A stretch of 64,000 nucleotides of DNA from Geosiphon pyriformis uo1. Taxonomy: Eukaryota; Fungi; Glomeromycota. The position numbers and the translations under genes are program-made. This document shows, piece after piece, positions 1-10,949 of this stretch. Under the pieces are notes generated by a model. It was not told the origin of the DNA. It made no database searches and worked only from the letters and a program-made list of their open reading frames with translations. The stretch lies in NCBI GenBank assembly GCA_016748015.1, contig JAAOMT010000735.1, positions 310,001-374,000 on the forward strand, given 5' to 3'. How positions within the stretch are numbered: position 1 is the first letter of the stretch; each line of letters starts with the position of its first letter.

Positions 1-251
1 AAAACAAAGATCAGAAATTTAATTACCAAAACCTAATCCCAAAAAACCTGGAAAATCAAACCCTAAATATTCAAACTCCAAAAAATCAGAACAATCCAAA
101 CTCCAACATAATTAATCAGCAACACTTACCTCCAGTAATCATGATCAATCAGCCACCAATTGAACCAATTGCTGAACCAATTTAACAGCTTCAAGTACCA
201 CCTTAACAACAATCATAACAACCATTCCAACAACCACTACAACCACAACCA

Positions 252-1027
252 ATGGCCTATGCACCAATTGCCAAAATTGAAAAATTTACTGATAAAGAAG
301 ATAACATGCAAGTGTGACTAAACAATGTGAAGAAAACCATTGCAGCCAATAAATGAAACAATGCCAGAGTACTTCAAGCCATTCCATACTTTTTCCAGAA
401 TACTGCCAACTTATGGTATCAAAGCTTGGCCAACAAATCTCAAAATTTTAACACATTTAAGCTTGAGTTCTTACAATATTTTAACAATAATAATAGTATT
501 AATTATCTAGCCAATACCTTCACTACTATTAAGCAAGAACTGAAGCAGTCACTACTTATCTAAAATGCTTCCACAAGAATCTGTGCCAAATTTAGACAAT
601 ACAGACCGATTATTTCACAGTACCACAAATTTTAAATTAATTTATCAGAGGTCTGTATAGTAGTATTCTCCAATATATATGTTTATTACACTTAACAAAT
701 CTTCAAGCAGTAGTTATCTATGTCTGAGATTTTGAAGCAGTTAAATTAGAAGCCAACCATATCTAAGCTGTAAACCTAGTAATGAATAGTTTATCTGACC
801 TGGATTCTAAATTGAAGCAGTTTAGTGATTCAATTAATCAGAAATTAGTGAAATACTTAGTTAACAATCAAGCAATTTATTAATCTCCACAATGACATAA
901 TAATTCAGGAAACTCAAATTATTTCCAAAATCAGACACAGCCATTATTATTAACCAATCAACTGTGGTAAACAAAGATACATGTTTGCTACAATTATGGT
1001 AAACAAAGACACATTAGAATTAGTTGC
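252..1027 (+). pseudogene. Gypsy gag capsid-like region and CCHC zinc knuckle (disrupted)
   Basis: Retrotransposon gag-like peptide with stops and a frameshift. The C-x2-C-x4-H-x4-C knuckle has decayed to CYNYGKQRHIRISC by TGT>TAT. Confidence 0.75.
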
Positions 1028-1657
1028 TGAATTTATAGCAATATTACACAATCAGAAAATCAATACTGAAACTCTGATTGTCAGTTCCAAACTCCAAATT
1101 ATTAATCAAACCCAGAACCATATTAACCATATTACTTATCCATAATATAGCAGCCAATCTATTAACCACCAATTTATCAGCCTTCAGCACTAGTAGTTTA
1201 TCAACTGCAGCTTCAACCTATCTATTAACTGCAGCTTCAAACAATCTATCAGTCCCAACAAATTCAAACACTACCATCCAACTCAGCTCAATTAATCACT
1301 GAAACCCAAAGGCCAAGAGTTACTCATACTTAACAAAACTGAGAGTCAGCAATAATTATGCATCAACTAATTCCCAGTTCCTTAACTCAATCCTTAGAAT
1401 CATAACAGTAAAGTTTAAGAACAGGATATATTTAAAATCCAAATTCTCAGAACTATTTAAGTCTTCTAGTTACCCTAGAAGATGCCATATTTAACAACTT
1501 AAAAGCCAGACAAAAGCAGCCACTTACTAACAACATATTGCCAGCAACTATTACTAAAAATGAATCACTTACCGCCATCTTTTCTTTTGAACTCGAGGAA
1601 CCAGTTAAAATGCTATTATTCAATAGAACTGCCCTAGAATCAAAATTCATGACTGCA

Positions 1658-2030
1658 ATGTATACAGATGTTAAAGTTGATAGTCAGCCCATTAAACTGA
1701 TTTTAGACAGTAAATTAGCTGACAGCATCATCACCCGACAACTTATGGATCAATTAGGTTATTGAGTTGATCAACCTATCAGTACACAAATAATCATTGT
1801 AAATAGAGCAACAAAAATTCCAATAGGCAAAATTAACAACTTCTTTTTTGAAGTCAGTAATATTGTTGCACCAATTAAAGTCTTGATAATGAAAACAACC
1901 CAATATCAAGCACTAGTGGGTAACAACTGGTTGTCTAAAACCAATGCAGTGCTTGATTGGACTACACAGAAGCTTTAACTCAGTCAGAATGGACAACATA
2001 CACATATACCAGTCATATGTGATCACTTCA
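1658..2030 (+). pseudogene. Retroviral-type aspartic protease (disrupted)
   Basis: MYTDVKVDSQPIKLILDSKLADSIITRQLMDQLG ... YQALVGNNWL matches the DSG motif and the (I/L)LG.DWL motif of retropepsins. Confidence 0.8.
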
Positions 2031-3163
2031 AAACTCTTCACACCCCAGTGTCACTAATCAAGCTTGAGAAAAAAAAACCTATTTGGGAAGTCTACCAAGT
2101 TTCTTGGGCCAACACCAAATACAATGAGTTATCACTAGTACTTTTTTGGAATAACAAAAGGAAAAAAAAGGAAGAAAATGCACCAGAAAAAGACATCACC
2201 ATAGAAAAAATAACTAGTGGCTGGAAAAGATTCTATTTACATGAGCCACTGAAACAACTACCATATATTCTATTTAAATATTAAGATTATGATAAGAAAC
2301 TTTCTTCTATGGGAGCTTGAATTGCACCCAACAAAGACTACTGAATGCAAACCCACTATTACTACAAATTATGTTACAAAAAATAATATGATTACTTAAA
2401 GTGATAAGGCAAGTGGAACAACAAACTATGTTTCACTTGTAGAAAGCAGCTACTTAACAAAGAAATATGGAATGACATTCTTGGTTGAAGAAGAACATGC
2501 AATGTATTGTGTCAATACACAATCTTCATCAGCAACTGGGTGAGTTGTGAGACACCTATAAACACTGCATGGCACCAAGTAATCTCTTACTTGGACAGTT
2601 ACTTACATAACAAGAATGAGATCTAGAAAATGGCAAATGTCAAAGTTGAAGGCACTTTAACTATTGAAATCTTAAAAATAAAGAATAACCCACCAAAACC
2701 AGTTAAAATCATTTTTATTCCCAACTCAGATGCATTTTTGGATACTGAAATAGGACCAGAAGAATTCCATAAACACTACCAGAATTTAGCACCCACAAGA
2801 GAAGAGCAAGAACAATGTTTAGAGCAGCTAAACACTCAATTATATGATTACTGTTTGATTTCATATGACTTTTAATATTGTAATGAGTGTAATCTCATTT
2901 ACAATTTATCACCACATATGATTTACATAATCCCAAAGGAAGACAAACCAATCAACAGCTACATATTAAAATTAGAATTACAATTCAATTCCAATTTAAA
3001 CTCCAATAACAATGATAACAAAAATAACAGTTCCAGCTCTATTCAAAATAACAATGAAAATAACAGCAATTCAGACTTCAATTCAAATCCAGAACAATAT
3101 ATTGTACTTTCTGATTTTACCAAGGAGCAGAAACTTAAACAATTTAGCAATAATAATAAAAGT

Positions 3164-3560
3164 ATTATGCCTGAATACATACATGATATTGATGCAGAGT
3201 TTAATCTGAGATATCCAGAAAAAGAAGCCATAAAATTGGAACCATATTTACACACCTGCATTAATCTCAAAGTAGCACTAGAAATACCAGCAACAACAAT
3301 AGTTCAATTAGCATTCAGGAGTAGTTTAGCAAAAAAGGGGATTAACATTAGAGAGAAAATAATTGATGCAGAATATGTAAGAAATATTATTGCTATGTTG
3401 CAAAATAATTCAGAAAAGATCTATATAATAAAGCCAAATAAAAAGATAACACAGGCAATATTCCTGCTTTTAGTTAAAATAACTCAATTAGTGTCAATAG
3501 GAAACTGGAAAAAATTTGGGATTACAGCTAAAAAGATTAGTGGATTTGAATTCATGGATA
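3164..3560 (+). pseudogene. dUTPase domain within the Gypsy pol
   Basis: All five trimeric dUTPase motifs appear in G>A-eroded form: DAEFNL (DAGFDL), RSSLAKKG, IIDAEYVRNI (IIDAGYVGNI), KITQAIF (RIAQ), KKISGFEFM (RG..GFGS). Confidence 0.88.
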
Positions 3561-4049
3561 AAATAGATATATTAGTTAACATGGCAGAGGAAAAAACTGT
3601 TAACAAGGGAGAAATTATCTCTATTCATTAATTAATTTCTATTCCACCATATAACTAGTACATGTTAGCCATAGAAAAAAAAGTAAAGAATTAGGTTCAG
3701 ATTTTTGAAGCAGAAGCAACACTTTGTGAATCAAGAAAGATTGAATTAGTTAATCTACACATACCAGCCAAAAACCACAGTCACATCAAAATTTCCATCT
3801 ACAACAACACAGAAGATGTCATTAAGATACCAAAAAGAACTATTATTTGATATTTAACTACTGGAATCGAAAACCAACCACCAAATTTTATTTCAGACTT
3901 TCCACAACTATGTGAATATGTCAACATAATATCACAAACCATTTATGAACGAAATAAATATTATTTGCTCTAACCAGAACAATTGGAACAAATAAACATG
4001 AGAAATCTAGACCCATTTTAATGTATACAACTCAAAATATTACTCAAAA

Positions 4050-6370
4050 ATTTTACTGACATCTTTGCAAGTAAAAACAAATTTGGCAGAACTGACATAA
4101 TTCAGCACCAGATCAAGACTGAAGATATAATGCCAATTAAACAAAGAGCATACTAAGTACCACCAGCCAATCATAAAATCATTCATCAAGAAATCAATCA
4201 AATGCTTAACAATGGACTAATTTAGCCATCAATAAGCCCATAATTATTACCAATAGTACTAATCCATAAGAAAAATAGAAAAATCTACTTTTGTGTAGAT
4301 TATAGAAAACTCAATGGTATAACTTGTGGAGACAGTTATCCAACTCCACAAATTCAAGAATTATTTGATGCTTTCAGAAAAAAGAAATGGTTCTCAACAT
4401 TAAATCTAAATAATAGTTACTGGTAAGTAGCCATAAATTCAGAAAATAAGGAAAAAACAGCATTTATTACAAGAAAAAAGAATTTAGAATTTGAAGTGAT
4501 GCTATTTGGCTTAATTAATACACCAGTCACATTTTAATGGCTAATAGAAATTGTTTATACCAGACTACTATAAAAATCAGTAGTTGTGTATTTAGATAAC
4601 ACCAATGTGTTCTCAAAAACATTTGATAATTATCTCTATTATTTCCAGTAAGTATTTAAAAGACTAAGAAGAGCAAAATTGAAACTAAATACAACCAAGT
4701 GTTTTTTTGGCAAGACAGAACTCAAGTTTTTGGAACATATTGTAAGCAAAAAGAGCATTAAAACAGATTCAGATAAAATTGAAGTAGTAAAGTTCTTTCC
4801 AGTACTCACCAACCTGACCGAGCTACAAGCATTTTTGGAATTTACAGAGTATTATTGTTGCTTTATCAAGAACTTTTCCAAACTGGCTCAACCATTGCAT
4901 CATCTACAAACCAAAAATGTTAAATATAAATGAATTGAAACACAACAAGAAGCTTTTAATACACTAAAAAGAAAGCTCATTCAAGCTCTAGTACTAATTT
5001 ATCCAAATCATAGCAAACCATTATTACTGGAGGTTTTTTGGTCTCTTTTCTTAAATGTTGATAATATTGATTTGCTGTGAATTCATGTTCTCAGGAAGTA
5101 GTTGAACCTCCAATAACTGAATTTATCTTCAAATTATCTTCTATAATTTGAACTTACTGGACTTATAAATGGAATGGCCAATTCCTTGCCAGTTACTTTA
5201 TGTAGTTACATTGTAGTAAATATCAACTCTTTCCCAGGAATTGCTCGTCTGGAAGCTTACTAAAATGTGTAATTACTTTGCTGTAAAAGTCAACTCTTCT
5301 ACAGGAATCTCATCTGTAGGCTACCCTAATGATTGTAATAAGAAAAAAAAGAAAAATAAAATAAAAGAAATGTAAAAGAAATAGAATTTTATCAAGAGAA
5401 ACGTTTTCTATCTAGGCCTGGAGTCACTAACAGTTTACTGAAATTGGTAGCTAATCAATTTCGAAATGTTAGTTGGGTTTTGGGGATTTTCCAAGTACAA
5501 TAATTAAAGAATTTGGTTTTTTCAAATTATTTGATATTTATTTCTTTTTGTGTATGTAGGAATGGTTCTAAGTGATAAATCTAAAGTAAGATACATTTTC
5601 CAGAAGAAAAAAGCTCTTCTTTTATACAACTTGTTGTAGTACTAGTCTATGAACTTGCACTTTTTCTCTTTGCTCAAATTTCAGCAAACTAAAGATACAT
5701 TTTGATAAACTACAAGTTATTTCGCTGAACTATTGATTAATTTGGGTGAACTATTTATAATTTCGGCGAATTTCTGTAAATTTCGGCAAATTTCTTATAA
5801 ATTTCGGCAAATTTTTGAATGTTACAAAGTTCAGGGTATTGTGTAATTTGATCATCCTTTTTTCTGTTATACTAATTAGATTATTTTAATTGAATCGTGA
5901 TATGTGATAATTGATTAAATAATAAATGATAATTTGAAATGATATTAATATACTAATGAATTATAGAAATTATAAGGGTAATTTCATGCTAATTAATAGC
6001 TAAAATTCTACTGGTAACACCATTTATTATCACCACTAATGCATTAGGTCAAGCATTAGGAACAGTACTATCACAAAAAAAACCAGATGGAAGAAAACAT
6101 TCAGTAACATATACCAGCTGAAAAGAACTATAGAACACCAACACTAAAACATTTAGCAATTTATTAGGCTGTCATAAAATAGAAGAAATATTTAAGCCAG
6201 AAATTTGAGGTGCACATTGATCACAAAAGATTGACTTTAATCCAGAAACAAAAATTTGGAGACAATTGACATGCAAAATGGAAAATAGCATTTTTGTTAT
6301 ATACTTTTACAGTACACTATAAAAAGTGAAAAAAAATGGAAATGCCAACAGTTTGTCATGAATAAAACAA
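4050..6370 (+). pseudogene. Gypsy reverse transcriptase and RNase H, interrupted by a solo LTR
   Basis: PIKQRAY, FCVDYRKLN, KTAFIT, MLFGLINTPVTF, YLDN, LKLNTTKCFF, LQAFLEFTEYY. Removing 5022-6023 restores the frame agc aaa cca ttt att atc (SKPFII), followed by TNALG.ALGTVLSQ. Confidence 0.9.
5022..6019. mobile_element. Solo LTR (998 bp) of a different LTR family, nested in pol
   Basis: 4-bp TSD CCAT at 5018-5021 and 6020-6023. Termini are TATTACTGG...CTGGTAACA, i.e. TGTTACCGG inverted ends after reversing three deaminations. Non-coding, with internal AAATTTCGGC-type repeats at ~5755-5815. Confidence 0.85.
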
Positions 6371-6599
6371 ATTTGAACATTTCAACCCAAAAATATAACA
6401 AAATCTAAACAGTTGAAACAAAATATAACAAAAAATAAACACACAAAAATATTAACAATGTCAGCATTATATAAATACTCAATAGTTTAAAGAGAAATTA
6501 TCTCAAAAGAAACAAAACAACATAAAACAACAATCAAAATATTTTATCACTTATCAAAGTATACTTTATTAGAAAAATAAAAAAGATCCAGATCAACCA

Positions 6600-7700
6600 A
6601 CTAGAGTAATTATGAAGCCAGAAAAAGAGACAATACTGTTTAATATGCACTCAGATCTAACAGTAAAACATTTCTACAAAGAAGCAACAATAAAAAGAAC
6701 CAGAAAAAGATACTACTGGTCATTGATATATTCAGATATCATCTAATATGTTCAAAATTGTGATGCTTGTTAGAAAAGAAAAGGAACCAAACTCAGTAAA
6801 CCATTGAGATCAAACAAAATGGAATAACCATTTAATTGTATTGGGATTAACTTAGTTAGACCATTAACAATAACTAGCAGAAGAAACAAATATATTGCAA
6901 TAACCATAAATTATCTCATTAAATAGCCAGAAGCAAAAACAATTCAAAGAGCAGATACAGAATCTGTTGCCAAATTTGTTTATCAAGATCTAATTTGTCA
7001 ACATAGATGTTCAAAAGAACTATTATTAGATCAAGAAACTTATTTTGTAAACAGAACACTAGCAAAATTAAGTTAAAGATTTGGAATCAAAAGACTATTA
7101 TTATTACTATATCATCCACAAACAAATGGGTTAGTTGAAAGATTTAACAGAACATTGTGTGAAGCAATTGCCAAAATCAGCCAAGAAAACCAGAACAAAT
7201 AAGATTTGTGTATACTATCAGTATTATTTGCTTATCAGACAATAAAACAGAACACTACACAAGCAATACCATTTGAATTAGTATATGGTAGAACAGCAAC
7301 ATTACCAGTTAAGATAGAAATCAACACATATCCAATTAAACCAATAACAGAAGATAATTTCCAAGAAACATTGTTGAAAAAAACCTATAACTTAATAGAA
7401 ATATTAGAAAACAAATAGTGAAGAGCAGCTAATAATATCCAAAAAAAACAAAAAAAACAAAAAAAAAGACACAATAACCAACTACCAAATAAACCAGTTG
7501 AATTCAAGATTGAAGACAAAGTACTTTTATATTATACCAAAATGAAAAAACAATAGAGTGGAAAATTTGACCTCAAATGGGATGAATCATTTTACATAGA
7601 AGAAATTATTGAAAATGGAGTTTATAAATTAAGATGGGACAACAAAATTTTAACCAAAGCAGCACATGGTAATTGACTGAAACCATATCATTATATAGTA
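6600..7700 (+). pseudogene. Gypsy integrase (HHCC finger, core, GPY/F tail; disrupted)
   Basis: NMHSD..KHFY...YYW...YVQNCDAC; GINLVRPL; LLLDQETYF; YHPQTNGLVERFNRTL; PFELVYGR; FKIEDKVLL..KFDLKWDESF. Confidence 0.88.
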
Positions 7701-8499
7701 TTATCATCCACCAATAATATTCTACAACTGAGAGTACAACAAATACTAGTTCAACCAGATGAAATTCCATGAGATTTGGAACCAATCATAATTATTGAAT
7801 TAAACATGTCAAATTAATTAACCAAAGAAATATATAAAAACATGATAGACATGATAGAAGATATCAAAAAAATAGAAATTACTGACAAGATTTACTCACT
7901 AGCACAACAACTCTTTTAATTAATTCAACAATGGAATATAAAAATTACTATTAACTAATAAACTATTTAATACAAAGATATTAGGAAAATACCCCAATAC
8001 AGAGTACAGAGAAAACCAGAAAACACTGTCAACAAAATAATTTTAAAAGTAAAAGTGGCAATAGAAGAGCCAACAAATATCACCTCATATTAAAAATTAA
8101 CCAAAAAAACTTGGAGATGATAAATACAAGAATTTCCAAAGAACTTTTGTTATTTCCACTTGGAACAACATCTGAATATTAAAAACTTATATACAGATAA
8201 GACAAAGTAATTATTTGATTCAGAAATATTATAACAACTTAAGCAATTCATGAAAAAAAACAATCTAACTACACAAGCATGAGTCATCTATTGATTATAA
8301 GTTGGATTTCAAGACTGACCAGAAATCTTACTTAATTCAATAATGGATATCATTATTGTTAACCAAATAGAAAAAATAACCAATGCCCAATTTGAAGAAT
8401 TACAAAACAAGATAACACAAGTAATTCTTAAAAAAAAAGTTCAAAAAATACTCAAAGATAGAGAGTTAAAATTAGAGGATCTTAATGAAACTCAATATT

Positions 8500-8511
8500 G
8501 AAAGGAGAGAA
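8500..8511 (+). other. Polypurine tract (PPT)
   Basis: GAAAGGAGAGAA lies immediately after the last pol-frame stop and 3 nt before the putative LTR start. Confidence 0.6.
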
Positions 8512-8514
8512 TAA

Positions 8515-8888
8515 TATTATTTATAGAATATAAGAAATATACTAGTATATAAATTAGCCAATCAGAAATAAACATAGTAAATATGGAATTCCAGAATTTT
8601 TCTCAGAGGAATTGCAGAATTCCAGGAATTTTAGGATTTTTGTATGAGAAATTACAGGATTTCAGAATTCCAGGATTCCTCTTAAAAAAATTGCAGAATT
8701 CCAGGAATTCCAGGATTACTGGTGTGAAAAATTAAGGAATTAAAGAATCTCAATTATGTATATATAACAGTAGTATTAGAAGTAAAAAAGACAGATCTCT
8801 CAATTAGATTTTATCTAAAACAACTTTTTAATTCACAAATATCAATAAATAATTATTTGTTATTTTAATCTACTTCTCACTATTAACA
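8515..8888 (+). repeat. Putative 3' LTR of the Gypsy element
   Basis: Starts TATTAT (from TGTTAT) after the PPT and ends ...TTAACA. Contains tandem GGAATTCCAG(G)A-like units (8585-8720) and a TATATAA box (~8759). The right boundary is uncertain because the 5' LTR is not in the window. Confidence 0.5.
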
Positions 8889-9239
8889 CTTCATGTTGAT
8901 AGTAACTGATACTTAACTACACTGAAACAATAGCTCTTAATCATGACTATTGACAGAATACTAATATTTATTGCCTTGGCTTATTTCTTTATTTTTTTTT
9001 ATTTTTTTTTATTTTGTTATTTTTTGTTGTTGACTAATTAATTAAAGATTAAAGTGCTGAGTTATTAACATCAAAAATTGCCTGGTAAAAGATTTTTGTG
9101 AGTGAGTAAAACATATAAGAAATACAAATTGCTTACCAGAAGATTGCTGGCCACTAAACTGAAAAAAAAATTGATGAAATTGTGATTCCAAGAGACTACT
9201 AAAACAACTATTAAATCTCAGTCTATTATACAAAGAACT

Positions 9240-10470
9240 CAACCAAAACCTTCAGACAACTAGAACCTTCAGATATCAACATTCTTATATCAATTAAATA
9301 CCAAGTTACAGGTTTGTTATTTGCTTTGAGACTCCAAATAATTACCTATAATAACAATTATTGGTTTAAATGGTGCTATATATAAAAGACCAGTATTATA
9401 TAATGTTTCTAAAATATTTTATCATAATTAAGTGTGTTTAATTTAGTCCAAAATTCTATGTTTGCTATTTTTTTACTATATAAAGTAATTTTATAACATC
9501 CACAATTTCGAAACATGGCTTGCCAAACAAATAATTTTTTTTTGATATAATATAATTTGGCAGGTAAATTTTTTCCAATATTTTTAGGAATTGGACAATA
9601 TTGTTCTTTTGATTATACTATTTACAAAACAAAGCCATCCAATTTAACATTTGCATAGAGATTTTTCTTGACTTGATCTGTTCATCAAAAACATGTTTCA
9701 GTATGTTTTCATCACTCCATTCATTTGATGTACATACAAATGATTTTTTATAATTCATTAATTAAAATAAGGATTGTATATCAGGATGTTTGATACCAAA
9801 AAGAGTTTTTTCATTGTATTTGGTAAGAATTCCTAATTTTTTCCAAATGTTGTTGGGTGTTTTGTCTTCAATTAATTTAATACATGTTTTATCTTAATAT
9901 ATATGTAAATAACAAGTAGATTTGTTAATTTTTTGTACAATGAGTCATTGTTGTTCACTTATCTTTGTCATTATTGTTGAGATATATTCTGTTTCTGCAC
10001 CATAGTAATTTTTAAAAAATAAACATTCAATTAAATTAATAACAATTATATGTTTGTCAACTTTCAGAAACAATGATACAAATGAAATATCTTTTGTTAA
10101 TTTTTGAACAAGAACTTTATTATTGAAACCAAGAATTAAAAGACCCAAGTATTTTGTCTTGACACCAAATATACTTTGATACAAAATATTAATTGTAGTT
10201 AAAGGTAAGTTTTCAATATTACTAGATTCTGAACCACTAGTACAAATAAAGCCAGGTTTCTGACAATTAGTTTGTTTTACTATTGTCATTATAAATTGTT
10301 GTTTGTTTAGTTTAAAATCAACATACATATATAGTTAGTAAGGTATAGTAAAAACCTTATTTTCAAATTGTTTCTGAATCCACCAATTCTGAATAAACAA
10401 ACCATAATGTGTTTCAGAAATAATAAAATCTTTGTTAAGGAAGTTTATAGTGTATTATTAATTATGAGCT
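9240..10470 (-). pseudogene. Tandem FYR (FYRN/FYRC-like) domain protein pseudogene, probably transposon-borne
   Basis: The minus frame reads HYGLFIQNWW...IPY*LYMYV..KPGFIC..TTINILYQSIFGVKTKYLGLLILGF.. and ..TPNNIWKKLGILTKYNEKTLFGIKHPDIQ (FYRC-like), then WQAMFRNCGC..IEFWTK. No introns, and the same C>T/G>A erosion as the TEs. Confidence 0.55.
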
Positions 10471-10949
10471 ATATTATGACAAATGTTAAAAAAAACAAAA
10501 CATTTAAAAACAAAAAAAAAACTATAATAGGTATAATCATTAAATTTGATTATCATTTGTCAATTATTTAAACCAGATAATATTCAATCTATAAATTAAA
10601 GATTTTTAAATAAAATATGACTGAAAAGTATATTTAATATTTGATATTAAATTTTAAGAGTACTAATATAAGACATAGAATTATATCAGTATATTATTAT
10701 TTGTTAACAGTATAAATTATCTTTTTACTTTCAAATTTTTTGGTTATCTTTTGAAAAAATTAGCAATTAAGATATTTTATAAGATTGATCTTGTATATTA
10801 AATTCATATTTATTTAATTTGCTTTTTGAAATTAAATTCTTCTTTAATTTATTCTATTATCATACAATTCTATTTTTTCTTGCTATCTATTAGCTTATTA
10901 CTCTAATTCATAACAATATAAAAAATAAAAAATAATAATAATAAGAATA

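Larger units (their letters stand above)
1..8888 (+). mobile_element. Degenerate Ty3/Gypsy LTR retrotransposon (5' end outside window): gag-PR-[Cys-rich insert]-dUTPase-RT-RNase H-IN-[C-terminal extension]-PPT-3' LTR
   Basis: Domains are readable through many stops in the Gypsy order PR-RT-RH-IN. Gag-like MAYAPIAKIEKFT..QAIPYF (~252); knuckle CYNYGKQRHIRISC (~986); LILDSKLADS (from DSG, ~1695); FCVDYRKLN, VVVYLDN (YLDD, 4589-4600); TNALGQALGTVLSQ; H..H..CDAC zinc finger; YHPQTNGLVERFNRTL; GPY/F-type tail. Confidence 0.93.

Noticed and set aside
8585-8720. Short spaced repeats as a CRISPR-like array
   Set aside because: The units are ~10 bp and irregular, lack unique spacers, lie inside an LTR, and there are no cas genes in this eukaryotic context.
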